From an uncultured virus (IMG/VR IMGVR_UViG_3300030419_004292) (taxonomy: Duplodnaviria > Heunggongvirae > Uroviricota > Caudoviricetes): DNA of 20,000 nucleotides. Both the position numbers and the translations under genes were made by a program. Shown in pieces: positions 1-9,171 of this stretch; positions within the stretch are counted from its first letter, which is position 1; each line of letters starts with the position of its first letter. The DNA is taken from IMG/VR virus record IMGVR_UViG_3300030419_004292. One strand, given 5' to 3'. The notes under the pieces are model-generated. The model saw only the letters and a list, made by a program, of their open reading frames with translations, was not told the DNA's origin and searched no databases.

Positions 1-223
1 GCTGGCGGGTGAGGTCGATATCAACCATGTCATTGAGCAGCAGGCCAACAGCGACCTTGCCTGAAGGTACAGCAGCGTAGGTTACTACGGCCTTACCCTG
101 ATCCATAGCAGCACCAGAACCAGTGGTCGAACCGTGACTTACAACACCGCCTCTGGTAGCAGCTTCATCCATAAAGAAACTGATATCGGTCTGTAGTTCA
201 TGTCTGTCTGATTTAAGAGCCAT
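1..223 (-). CDS. Probable head structural protein (capsid decoration/cement-like), 5' part only; runs off the window edge
   Basis: Manual translation MALKSDRHELQTDISFFMDEAATRGGVVSHGSTTGSGAAMDQGKAVVTYAAVPSGKVAVGLLLNDMVDIDLTRQ, open to base 1. AAGGAG RBS at 240-235. Lies directly downstream of protease/scaffold, where decoration or capsid genes usually sit. Confidence 0.6.
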   Translation of the reverse strand, partial: MALKSDRHELQTDISFFMDEAATRGGVVSHGSTTGSGAAMDQGKAVVTYAAVPSGKVAVGLLLNDMVDIDLTRQ

Positions 224-241
224 GATATTGTTTACTCCTTA

Positions 242-919
242 TTAGTTATTATCTAAGTTAGCTGTTGAACGAAGAACGTTGTTCTCCAACCACTCGCTAG
301 CAGTAGATCGTGCCGAAACGACAGAGTCGTCTTCAACAGTGTCCGCTAGGGCGATCTCTTCAGCGCTTTCTTCAACTTCTTCTAAGGAGTCAGCAGTAGC
401 TTCTGCCTCATCAATCTCCTCATCAGAAACAGTTTCGACGACTGAAGCTTCTTCTTTTTCTTCTTCATCGTCTTCAGTCTTCTTCTTGTCATTCCACTTC
501 GCAGTTAGCAAAGCAACAATTTCATCGAACATTTCGTCGTCTGCACTAGCAAACTTTTCGATGATTTCGTCTACTTCTTCTGCGCCAGCTTCGACCAGAG
601 CAGCCTTACGGGCAGCTAGCTTAATTTCGACTTCGTGAGCCTCAATCTTCGCTAGAGCTTCTGTAAGCTCTTCCTGCTTCTGAGTGATTTCGGCTTCTAG
701 AGCTTCAGTCTTCTCAGTAGCTTCTGTAAGCTGTGCTTCAAGAGCGGCAGCAGCTTCATCTTTTTCAGAAATAGTAGCTTCAAAAGCTTCTACCTGAGCC
801 TTAACTTCTTCTTCTTGTTTTGCAAGAATTTCTTGTTTGGCGGCTTCCGCAGCTTCCCTTGCACCAGCAAGTTCAGCTTTTAGCTCGTCCACCTGCATTC
901 GCAAACTATCGTCGGACAT
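242..919 (-). CDS. Nested in-frame scaffolding protein (225 aa, MSDDSLRMQ...)
   Basis: AAGGAG at 931-926, 6 nt upstream of an in-frame ATG at 919, at the protease/coiled-coil boundary. Confidence 0.6.
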   Translation of the reverse strand: MSDDSLRMQVDELKAELAGAREAAEAAKQEILAKQEEEVKAQVEAFEATISEKDEAAAALEAQLTEATEKTEALEAEITQKQEELTEALAKIEAHEVEIKLAARKAALVEAGAEEVDEIIEKFASADDEMFDEIVALLTAKWNDKKKTEDDEEEKEEASVVETVSDEEIDEAEATADSLEEVEESAEEIALADTVEDDSVVSARSTASEWLENNVLRSTANLDNN

Positions 920-1720
920 ATTAATCTCCTTGATATTAGTGTCACTAATAAGCGTTGCTTTAGAGTTTTGAAAAGGATCGGTTGTATTAGGAAGTATGAC
1001 GCTTCTTGGATTAGCTGGATTATTTACTAAGCCCTTACCAGAAAATGAAATATTTCTCAGCATACGCCCCACTTTGTAGCCTTCATACTCACCAGTACCA
1101 CCATAAGCCCTCAAATGTTTAGTCAAAAATGCTGAAGCCTCGTCTCTCTGGACAATCTGGTTGTTACCTTCGGGAGAAACTACAGCGTAATCAAAATTAT
1201 TAAATAAGCATTCCATGGATACAAACCATTTACCATCTTCAATTTCAGCGATAAGCCTTTCCATGCGTTCTTTTAATTCTGGATCACTCCAACTATTGTA
1301 TAGCACTGCGCTTGTTACAATATTGAAGGACTCTGGAACTTCGGTTTGGTCGTCACTGATAACATTGCCCTCAAAATCAGTAACAACGTTTGCGGTAATA
1401 TGCCCGATGATATCCGATTCATCGTGCATAAAATTAAACTGTTTATCTTCTGGAGTATTTCTTGCGGCCCAAGTTTCTGCAATGTCAAAGACATCGTCGT
1501 TTTTATTCCAGCCGGTAGAAACTAGCACAGAATTTAGATAATATAAATCAACCTGATTTAAATTACTTTTCCCCTGTGACTTAGTAGCCAGAAGTTTTGC
1601 CCTCTCCACCTGTTCCTCAGAAGGAACATAAGCACATGCAACAGATGCGTAACTAATTGCACCAGCTTTTGCTAAAGATGACTCAAGGCCATCCGCTATT
1701 TCTTTGGGATATATATTCAT
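242..1720 (-). CDS. Prohead maturation protease fused to C-terminal scaffold (492 aa)
   Basis: N-terminal half has FNFMH, VSME and FSGKGLVNNPA motifs typical of HK97/herpes-fold head proteases. C-terminal half is an acidic Ala/Glu coiled coil. Follows the portal gene. Confidence 0.75.
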   Translation of the reverse strand: MNIYPKEIADGLESSLAKAGAISYASVACAYVPSEEQVERAKLLATKSQGKSNLNQVDLYYLNSVLVSTGWNKNDDVFDIAETWAARNTPEDKQFNFMHDESDIIGHITANVVTDFEGNVISDDQTEVPESFNIVTSAVLYNSWSDPELKERMERLIAEIEDGKWFVSMECLFNNFDYAVVSPEGNNQIVQRDEASAFLTKHLRAYGGTGEYEGYKVGRMLRNISFSGKGLVNNPANPRSVILPNTTDPFQNSKATLISDTNIKEINMSDDSLRMQVDELKAELAGAREAAEAAKQEILAKQEEEVKAQVEAFEATISEKDEAAAALEAQLTEATEKTEALEAEITQKQEELTEALAKIEAHEVEIKLAARKAALVEAGAEEVDEIIEKFASADDEMFDEIVALLTAKWNDKKKTEDDEEEKEEASVVETVSDEEIDEAEATADSLEEVEESAEEIALADTVEDDSVVSARSTASEWLENNVLRSTANLDNN

Positions 1721-1742
1721 TTTGTATTACCTCTACAAAAAA

Positions 1743-1751
1743 TATACACCA
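1743..1751 (-). promoter_or_regulatory. Candidate late-promoter motif TGGTGTATA upstream of the protease gene
   Basis: GG(T/G)GTA followed by AT-rich sequence recurs in the minus-strand intergenic gaps at about 1750, 4019 and 11804. Confidence 0.4.
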
Positions 1752-1774
1752 CATTTGAAAAAAATCACTTTTTT

Positions 1775-3964
1775 TCACTTATTTTCCATAGAGATGGCAT
1801 AAGCAGACGATTGAATTTGACGCATTTCTTCTATAGAGGGCTGCTTTTCATTCAACTCCACAAAATCCTGCTTTAGATTTTTACAGGCGGATGTCATTTC
1901 TGCGGTAATGGGAGTACCATCGTCCAACAATTCCTTAACGACCGTTGGATCTACCTCCATATACGGCTCCATGCCGCACAAAACGCACAGCTTAATATAT
2001 TCTAGTTCATCCATTTGAGACTTAGTTAAACTGCGTACATTTTTTTTGTCGTAGTGAGAAAGGAGGGCTGGAGTTATGAGATCAGCAATTTTTTTCTGAG
2101 CATCGTTAGCCCATAAAATAATATTAACTAGATCAGCGCTAGTTCTCGGTTTAACTTCTTTTTGCTTTCTTTTTTGCTGGTCTTTAGAATTTCTCGGTCT
2201 GCCGTCTTCGGGTCGACCAACAGGCTTCTGCTTCTGCTGCATTTGAAAATCTCTCTCTTCCTTGAGCTTTCTTTCTTCCTCTGCCTTATCATATTTTGGC
2301 CGGTCAGCAGGCATGGTAAGAGGATGATCCCCGGCTTCATCGGCTGGAATTATACCGAGATCGTGTGGAGCAACCGTATCTTTACCCAAAGCAATTTTCT
2401 CCAAATCTTCTCTGTGTTGCGGATTGTGATATGGGCTGGCTTTAGATGGCAAAGTTTCCATGTTTCTACTTCTTGCCTCTCTCTTAACCCTGATCTTTTC
2501 GATCTCTGGAAGCTCACCGAATCTTTCTACAATGGTTTCATCACTAACAATGTTTCTATCTGCCAATTGAATCAACAGAGTCTTTTCTGCTGCTTCATCG
2601 GATAGAATCATTTGATCAAAATGAATCTTTGCTGGAAATCTAAATCCCATAGCCTTTTGAACAATTTCAATTTCCGAATTCCAAAACTCAGTCAAAACAT
2701 CTCTACCATACTCCAGTCTTTCAACTAAAGTCTTAAGGGAGATAAAGTTGTTTGTGAATCCTCCACCATTGCTAGCCAGACCGGTTAGAGTTGGAGGAAT
2801 ACCAAGTCCTGCGTAGATATTATTTAGAACTGGCTTATATTTTTCTTCCCCCAAGAACCGGAAAACCTGCGTGCTGGATTCTTTGAAATCAAGTTCTGGA
2901 CCCCATACGAGATCCATAGTTCCCCCACCAACATTACTAGCAAGAATATTTCTTAGCTTGTTGATGGCGGCTTTCGTCGGGAGAATCTTTTCTTCTAGAC
3001 TGCCAAGCTTCCAAAGTCTGATATTGGAAATGGCTCCATCTAACGCGGCGATATCAGCTAGCTTCATTTTTTCTAGCATCATAATATCGTCTAAGATAGC
3101 GTAGATCATTGGATTGGACCAAAGCATCCAATCATCTTTTTTATAATAATAAGCAGACACCTTTTCCTCGTCTAGAGGAATAAGTTGATCACCGTTTTTG
3201 AGTCTTTGACTTATGTCCTTTGGTAGTGCTGACAAAAGATACTTGTTATTTCCCACCTTGTCGTTGACCATGTTACGAACCATCTTAGACACACGTAACG
3301 CAAACTTAGGTTGTCCGACAAAAGTTGACAGGTAATCATCTCCGATTACCTCTACAGACAAGGGGTTTAAAATATCATATTGCCAAGGAATAACCCTGCT
3401 CTGCACCTTGATATCTTCTATCTTCATATCGGGGGCAGCGGCAGTCTTTCGCATCTCCTGCTCTTTACGCGCACTTAACTTGGCGGTACGCCTCTTAACT
3501 ATGACGTTGCCACACCTATAAAGAGTGTTGAGAAATCTTTCTGATCTCGCCTTGCCGTCGACCTTAGAGAACCACTTCTTGTAGAACTTCTCTATGTTTT
3601 TATTTGGATGTACTAATGTAATCCCCTGAGATGAAAAGTCACCCATCAAGTCTATAACGTTACGAATAATGCCCACTCTATCATAGGCATCCATACACAT
3701 CTTGATGATATCTTTTTGTCTTTTCGGGGTCGCTTCAGAAGCTCTAAATCTATTGTAATCCTGTCTACCAAACTCTGGACGAACAGACCTGTTTGGCTCT
3801 ATATCTAGAAAATTACGATACCCAAAAGCTTGTGCCTTCTGAATGCCATCATAATAATCTACAGATTCAGAAAAACTGCCCAAAGCCTGATGCTTCTCGG
3901 ATTCACTATTCCAAGTTACAAAGGCTGGTTCTGGAGAGTGATTTTTGATTATCTCGTCTGCCAT
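1775..3964 (-). CDS. Probable portal protein (729 aa)
   Basis: Lies between terminase large subunit and protease. Helical core of portal-like size with a GLGIPPTL motif and a charged low-complexity C-terminal extension. The call is mainly syntenic. Confidence 0.7.
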   Translation of the reverse strand: MADEIIKNHSPEPAFVTWNSESEKHQALGSFSESVDYYDGIQKAQAFGYRNFLDIEPNRSVRPEFGRQDYNRFRASEATPKRQKDIIKMCMDAYDRVGIIRNVIDLMGDFSSQGITLVHPNKNIEKFYKKWFSKVDGKARSERFLNTLYRCGNVIVKRRTAKLSARKEQEMRKTAAAPDMKIEDIKVQSRVIPWQYDILNPLSVEVIGDDYLSTFVGQPKFALRVSKMVRNMVNDKVGNNKYLLSALPKDISQRLKNGDQLIPLDEEKVSAYYYKKDDWMLWSNPMIYAILDDIMMLEKMKLADIAALDGAISNIRLWKLGSLEEKILPTKAAINKLRNILASNVGGGTMDLVWGPELDFKESSTQVFRFLGEEKYKPVLNNIYAGLGIPPTLTGLASNGGGFTNNFISLKTLVERLEYGRDVLTEFWNSEIEIVQKAMGFRFPAKIHFDQMILSDEAAEKTLLIQLADRNIVSDETIVERFGELPEIEKIRVKREARSRNMETLPSKASPYHNPQHREDLEKIALGKDTVAPHDLGIIPADEAGDHPLTMPADRPKYDKAEEERKLKEERDFQMQQKQKPVGRPEDGRPRNSKDQQKRKQKEVKPRTSADLVNIILWANDAQKKIADLITPALLSHYDKKNVRSLTKSQMDELEYIKLCVLCGMEPYMEVDPTVVKELLDDGTPITAEMTSACKNLKQDFVELNEKQPSIEEMRQIQSSAYAISMENK

Positions 3965-4001
3965 TATCTAATTCCTGTAATGGGATTACATTCGGATTGC
4001 A

Positions 4002-4020
4002 ATTATAATATACTACACCA
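4002..4020 (-). promoter_or_regulatory. Candidate late-promoter motif TGGTGTAGTATATTATAAT upstream of portal
   Basis: Shared GG(T/G)GTA...TATAAT motif in the terminase-portal gap. Confidence 0.4.
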
Positions 4021-4023
4021 AAT

Positions 4024-5991
4024 TCAATACACATCCTTCATTTTTTCCGTCCACCAAGATGGACCCATAAACATTGGCCCCTCTTCTTTGGATTGCAGAC
4101 CTCCCACAAACCCCCCAACACTCTCATAATCTATGGGCGGTGGAGTCCTACGCATAGTTCTGGCGGCCATATTGGCCATAATTAAAGCCGAATACCTATC
4201 CTTTCTCAAACGGTCCTTTCTTCCCCCCGGCAACTTAATTTCCGGCGTATCCCACTTATCTCTACCTGAAGGGGTTTGACTCATCATAATGAGGGACAAC
4301 TCGTTTTTTAACTCCTCTATTTCCATAACACAATCTTCCAAGGTGTCCATTTTTCTCTTAGTCATTTTATCATCAGACAAGGCCAAACCTAGACTAACGG
4401 AATCAAAGTACGGAAACAATAGCACTCTATCTTCAAAGTCTTTTCTTGTTCCGTGATTAGCTTCTGATACCCAGTCCGCTTTTGCAAACTGACACATTTC
4501 TAATATATGTAAACCCGGATTTCCGTCCGTATCCTTTTCCTTGTCGTCATCTATTATTTCCCAGATAGGAAGTTCTCCATCCTGAATTTTATCTGGGTCA
4601 TGAAGAGCTTCCATAATGGCAATACCGCCGCCTTGAGCATCCAAAGCAATCCTTTCACATGGAAAGAGCTTCATTAAATCTCGTATCTTTCTTGAGCAAT
4701 AAGAATAAAAATCGCTCTCTTTTACCAAACCCCTCTTTAACTTGTCTTTATGCTCACTTCTATTGGTAGTCCAACAATGCACTATTCTACTATGATCTAT
4801 GTGCTGCTCTAAAACTATGATACTAAAGTTGTCAACCTCGGAAGCAGGGTCTATACCAAAAACATATCTCTTATTTGGATCTCCTCTTAGTACCGATTCA
4901 AAAAATACTTCACCACTAGGCAAAACAACTGGTTCATTTTTCTTAACAACGCAAGACTCTATCAGAGATCTCTTGAAGAACCCTTGACTATCTGTCGTAA
5001 AACACGCCCCAAACTCCATCTGATAAATGCCAGAATGAACAGTGGCCTTTGACCTAGCCACTTGAGCAGCGTCCATAAAACCCTCTGGAAGCAACTCATA
5101 CGGGATTCTAATAATACTATATTCTTTCCAGTCAAACCCAGAAGGAAGTTCCTCCTCCTCTCCAAATATTTCCTTTAATTTAGAAGGATTTCCTTTGCTG
5201 TTTATTATCGCCTTCCACTTCTTCCAGTACTCTGCGAAATGGTTGAAATCATAGTAAGCAGTACCGGATAAAATAATTTGGTTAGCTTTTACTAGCTCGT
5301 CTTCTTTAATGGCTTCTTGTTCTTTTCCGAGTTCTTTAGCCTTCTTTCCAGCGGCTATTCTTTTGACATTTTCAACAGGAGAAGAACTAACTGCGGCAAA
5401 ACCAGCAACCACATTTTCAAAAATCTCTCGTGGAATAGAGGCGAATTCATCGGCAACAATATCATTGGCACGCTGACCTCTAATCTTACTGCCGTCACCA
5501 AGAGGGAGGCATGTAATGGTACTATCACCTATATGCATAACACATCTGTCAACGTCTCTTCTGGGACCACTATTGCTAGCAGAGAGATCTCTTAATATGG
5601 GGGCATTTTTCCATATCGTATCCATATACTCAAACAAAACCTTAGATTGCCGGAAAGCAGCGCCCACAATCACGATCTTGCGTCTGGGCATAAAAAAAGC
5701 CCTCATCATCGAATAGAGTGAGAGGACAAAAGATTTACCGAAGCCACGACTCGCTATAAGCATGGGAAACTTTCTGTTCCACATTTCTTTTAGCATCAAA
5801 GCCTGAACTGGAAGTAAATCTATATTAAATATTTGCTTGCAGACCATTGAGAAATATTCTGGCTGCATCATCAACCAAGACAACCTCAAGTGTAAGTCGT
5901 CTGTGTTTCCTTGTCTAAATATAAAATCTACCGGATCAAACAGAGAGTCTTCTTCTACGTCTATATTCAGCCAAGCATCTTCTAGCTTCAT
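4024..5991 (-). CDS. terL: Terminase large subunit (655 aa)
   Basis: Walker A ASRGFGKS, RGQRAN, Walker B IVADE, coupling motif LSGT, RNase H-fold nuclease motif GIDPA and C-terminal KDRYSA. Confidence 0.92.
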   Translation of the reverse strand: MKLEDAWLNIDVEEDSLFDPVDFIFRQGNTDDLHLRLSWLMMQPEYFSMVCKQIFNIDLLPVQALMLKEMWNRKFPMLIASRGFGKSFVLSLYSMMRAFFMPRRKIVIVGAAFRQSKVLFEYMDTIWKNAPILRDLSASNSGPRRDVDRCVMHIGDSTITCLPLGDGSKIRGQRANDIVADEFASIPREIFENVVAGFAAVSSSPVENVKRIAAGKKAKELGKEQEAIKEDELVKANQIILSGTAYYDFNHFAEYWKKWKAIINSKGNPSKLKEIFGEEEELPSGFDWKEYSIIRIPYELLPEGFMDAAQVARSKATVHSGIYQMEFGACFTTDSQGFFKRSLIESCVVKKNEPVVLPSGEVFFESVLRGDPNKRYVFGIDPASEVDNFSIIVLEQHIDHSRIVHCWTTNRSEHKDKLKRGLVKESDFYSYCSRKIRDLMKLFPCERIALDAQGGGIAIMEALHDPDKIQDGELPIWEIIDDDKEKDTDGNPGLHILEMCQFAKADWVSEANHGTRKDFEDRVLLFPYFDSVSLGLALSDDKMTKRKMDTLEDCVMEIEELKNELSLIMMSQTPSGRDKWDTPEIKLPGGRKDRLRKDRYSALIMANMAARTMRRTPPPIDYESVGGFVGGLQSKEEGPMFMGPSWWTEKMKDVY

Positions 5992-6482
5992 TGATTTTTT
6001 TCCGCATGAACTAATTCATTTACTCTTTTGAAGATACTGTTTGTTACAAGAAATGCGTTATGCTTACTTCCACAGAAAAGTATTTTTGTGTCATACCACA
6101 TCTGAAACTCTAACAAAGACTTCAGCATATATCTTCCGGTAACCTTTACCTTAGATTGTTGAGCTTTAGGAATTCCAGAGTTCTCTGGAAAATTAATTAT
6201 ATCGTCCATATCAAATTCACATACCAAGAATGAGAATCTAAAATCCTTCATTCTTTCCATCTCATTCTGAAAAGGCTTCTTTTTTCTTCCAAGGTTAGTA
6301 GATATTTCAGCCGTGCTAGCCTTACGCTCTATGCATATAATGTCTTCACATCCCTTTATGGTATAGTCACCCGTCTTCATGGTTTCAACAACCATTCCCT
6401 CGCAGCGATCATACGGCTTAAAGAAATATCCGTCTTTTTCTCTTGTGTCTTTTATGACAGTGTAATTAGGAACCTTTTTCAT
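5988..6482 (-). CDS. ERCC4/XPF-type PD-(D/E)xK nuclease (164 aa)
   Basis: DTRE, TGDY and IERK motifs of the ERCC4 nuclease domain. ATGA overlap with terL. Confidence 0.8.
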   Translation of the reverse strand: MKKVPNYTVIKDTREKDGYFFKPYDRCEGMVVETMKTGDYTIKGCEDIICIERKASTAEISTNLGRKKKPFQNEMERMKDFRFSFLVCEFDMDDIINFPENSGIPKAQQSKVKVTGRYMLKSLLEFQMWYDTKILFCGSKHNAFLVTNSIFKRVNELVHAEKNQ

Positions 6483-6738
6483 TTCTCCAAGCTATATCAG
6501 ATAATAGCGCCTCATAAAAATGTTCTTTATTTGTCACCTCTTTGTGGCACATATAACACAAAGATATCCCATTAGATGTTTCATACCTTAGACCAGATGC
6601 AGTGCTCCACTTTTTTATGTGGTGTACCTGAAGCTTGCATTTACGCTTGCCACATCCCGGCATTTGGCATTTAAATCTATCTCGTTTTAAAACTTTGATT
6701 CTCCAGTCTTTGTAGACCGGATCGTTGAAGTTCCTCAT
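6466..6738 (-). CDS. HNH endonuclease (90 aa), possibly packaging-associated
   Basis: RDRFKCQMPGC...LQVHHI...NGISLCYMCH: Zn-binding HNH signature, located near terL. Confidence 0.88.
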   Translation of the reverse strand: MRNFNDPVYKDWRIKVLKRDRFKCQMPGCGKRKCKLQVHHIKKWSTASGLRYETSNGISLCYMCHKEVTNKEHFYEALLSDIAWRNEKGS

Positions 6739-7262
6739 TTTGAAACCAAATTTTCTTGACTATTATTGCTAAGACAGTCAGGACACATCTTATGTTTCTG
6801 CTTGTGCATCTTAAGATGGTGCTGCGTCCTTAAAACATTTTGTATAATAGCCGTGTCTCGCATCACCGAGTGCTTATGCACATTCTGCAAAGCAACGGCT
6901 AAAGCGGCAGTTCCAGCATCAACTTTAACAGTTGGTTCTTCTCTGATAATAACGGCTTCTTTAGTTTTAGTTTTACCTTCTCCCTTAGACTTATCGTGAA
7001 TTTCAGAGCATTCTGGACAATTCCAAGTTGGTCCTTTGTGCGGTTTAGCGTAATGGAAGATTCTAATAATCGTATCCATTATGGTGTAAGTTCGAGCATT
7101 CTCTCTTGCGCTGTTTCCGTATATGTCCTCAAGATGCTCTTTAATAAAGGCCATATCCTGCTCTTGTCTGTCAATTACTACCTGTTGCTGGTAAAGAGTG
7201 TAACCCATAGAAATAGCTACACAGAAACATAGAGTAGCCATCACAACGTTTTTATTTTCCAT
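6735..7262 (-). CDS. Membrane-anchored hypothetical protein with two His/CPxC repeats (175 aa)
   Basis: N-terminal hydrophobic helix; repeated units RIFHYAKPHKGPTWNCPEC and RTQHHLKMHKQKHKMCPDC; overlaps both neighbours. Confidence 0.7.
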   Translation of the reverse strand: MENKNVVMATLCFCVAISMGYTLYQQQVVIDRQEQDMAFIKEHLEDIYGNSARENARTYTIMDTIIRIFHYAKPHKGPTWNCPECSEIHDKSKGEGKTKTKEAVIIREEPTVKVDAGTAALAVALQNVHKHSVMRDTAIIQNVLRTQHHLKMHKQKHKMCPDCLSNNSQENLVSK

Positions 7263-7512
7263 TTGGTTTAATCCTCTCGACCTTCTTAACTGAAATATTC
7301 TCTTTTATAAATATAACGAATTTTTTCCTAGTTGAGTTCCTCTTTAGCTTATAAATATTTTGGCAAATCTCCTCTATCGCTTTTTTACAAGCATCGTCTG
7401 GATCAATTGCCTCGATATACACAAAAGCTATTTTGTTTTTATATATTCTAATATTTTTTTTCTTAAGCTCTGTAAGAACTTTCGACATATCTACTGTGAC
7501 TTTGTATATCAT
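7252..7512 (-). CDS. Small basic hypothetical protein (86 aa)
   Basis: Fills the gap in a tightly packed operon; Lys-rich with an EAIDPDDAC motif. Confidence 0.6.
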   Translation of the reverse strand: MIYKVTVDMSKVLTELKKKNIRIYKNKIAFVYIEAIDPDDACKKAIEEICQNIYKLKRNSTRKKFVIFIKENISVKKVERIKPNGK

Positions 7513-8587
7513 TTTTAACCATACGTTCTACTAGTTGACTAAAAGATATGTTAGGTTCCCATCCTAGCTTATCCTTAGCCTTACAATAGCTCCCCTTGAG
7601 ATAAGGAACTTCGCACGGCCTAAAAAATTCTGGATCGATGACTACGTATTGTTTGTAGTCTTCAATATCAATACACTTAAATGCCACTTCAAGGAAGTTT
7701 CTTATGGAATATGCCTCTCCAGTGGCTATAACATAATCGTCTGGAACATCCTGCTGTAACATCAGCCACATTGCGTAAACGTAGTCTTCAGCATGACCCC
7801 AATCCCTGTACGCATCCAAATTACCCAATCTCAACTTTGGAAATGAAGGATTCCTTACGGCGTCCAGAAACATTCTTTCTTGTGGAATTCCTATATCTTC
7901 ATATGTGTTGTCAAATGTGAACCTGTCGCCTTTTGATGGTAGTTCTATAGCGCTTTCTTTTTCCCAATTAATAAACTCTCCAATCCACTTTGTTATCTTT
8001 CTAGTTACAAATTTCTCTCCCCTTCTTTCGCTCTCATGATTAAACAAGATGCCACAACTTCCATGGAGATTATAAGACTCTCTATAAACCCTAACCAAGT
8101 TGTGTGCTGCCAGCTTTGCTACAGCATAGGGGGAATTAGGTGAAAACTCCGTAAGCTCATCTTGATACTTATCATCTTCATCATATGTAAAATTACTACC
8201 AAACATTTCACTTGAGCTTGCTTGATAGAATCTAATGCTATTGTCGATAGAATTTATTGCCTCTAGTATATTCAGACACCCTTTAGCTGTTATGTCCCAT
8301 GTCAAACTCGCTTGCTTGAAAGAAGTTCCTACATGTGACTGAGCCGCCAAGTTATAGATCTCCTGCGGCCTATACTCCATAATGAAGTTGCTCACACAGA
8401 AAGCGTCTGTAATATCCCCTTCTTTAAAGATGAAATTTTTATTTTTTAGAACCTCAGTTAATCTCTCTGTGTTATCGGTACTAGACCTTCTAGAAACCCC
8501 AACAACCTTATAGTCCTTTTTGAGTAACAGTTCCGCCAAATAAGATCCGTCTTGTCCAGTTACTCCAAAAACAATCGCCGTCCTCAT
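7463..8587 (-). CDS. gmd: GDP-mannose 4,6-dehydratase
   Basis: GVTGQDGSYLAELLL, NLAAQSHV, YQASSSEMFG, SPYAVAK, LFNHESERRG.KFVTRKI and LGNLDAYRDWGHAEDYV motifs. AAGGAG 7 nt upstream of ATG 8587. Confidence 0.96.
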   Translation of the reverse strand: MRTAIVFGVTGQDGSYLAELLLKKDYKVVGVSRRSSTDNTERLTEVLKNKNFIFKEGDITDAFCVSNFIMEYRPQEIYNLAAQSHVGTSFKQASLTWDITAKGCLNILEAINSIDNSIRFYQASSSEMFGSNFTYDEDDKYQDELTEFSPNSPYAVAKLAAHNLVRVYRESYNLHGSCGILFNHESERRGEKFVTRKITKWIGEFINWEKESAIELPSKGDRFTFDNTYEDIGIPQERMFLDAVRNPSFPKLRLGNLDAYRDWGHAEDYVYAMWLMLQQDVPDDYVIATGEAYSIRNFLEVAFKCIDIEDYKQYVVIDPEFFRPCEVPYLKGSYCKAKDKLGWEPNISFSQLVERMVKNDIQSHSRYVESSYRA

Positions 8588-8589
8588 TC

Positions 8590-9171
8590 TCACTCTCCTT
8601 TATCCGGTAACTTAGTTGGAGGTAGTTCCTGAAATGTGATACCTCCATTTTTTGTAAGACTTCCGCCCCCCTGACCTCCTGTCTCTCCACCATCTCCCAT
8701 TGGCCCTTCTGAGCCGTCTCCTTCGCCCTCCTTAGCCTCCCCCATTCCGTTCTTGCCCACGACACCCTTTCCAGCTTGAAGGCGTTCTAGAGCCTCCTGA
8801 GCGCGTTCATGGAGTTCTCTGTCATAGGGTAACTTGTAAGCTCTTGGAGCGTCTGTATCGTCCTTCTCAAAAGAAAGCCACCATTCACCCTTTTTTTCTT
8901 CAGCTTCAAGTCTTTCAGCCCAGATATACACAGCCCCTTCTCCCCCCTTCTTGTCTGGTTCTTCTATCACTATCCAATGAACTCTAAATTCTTCTGGCAA
9001 AGAAGTATTAGAAGGCCAACCTTCAAAATTCTCTAGAGAGAAGTTGATAGACAGACAGAAGTAAAGGGCCGCAGCTATAGTTGCCGCTTTTAGTCCCCAC
9101 ATTCCACGAGAACCTATAACGAACCATAGAACAAGGCTAATAATTATAATGAAAGATGCGATTATTATCAT
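8590..9171 (-). CDS. Membrane protein with two N-terminal TM helices and a Gly-rich C-terminus (193 aa); third gene of the ExbB/ExbD-like module
   Basis: Hydrophobic residues ~1-45, a soluble GWP...IYW-like/PRAYKLPY domain and a Gly/Glu-rich tail. ATGA overlap with the upstream gene. Confidence 0.75.
   Translation of the reverse strand: MIIIASFIIIISLVLWFVIGSRGMWGLKAATIAAALYFCLSINFSLENFEGWPSNTSLPEEFRVHWIVIEEPDKKGGEGAVYIWAERLEAEEKKGEWWLSFEKDDTDAPRAYKLPYDRELHERAQEALERLQAGKGVVGKNGMGEAKEGEGDGSEGPMGDGGETGGQGGGSLTKNGGITFQELPPTKLPDKGE

Noticed and set aside
3976..3990. Palindrome TGTAAT-GGG-ATTACA upstream of portal
   Set aside because: It is a single short occurrence that could arise by chance, so there is not enough support to call an operator.
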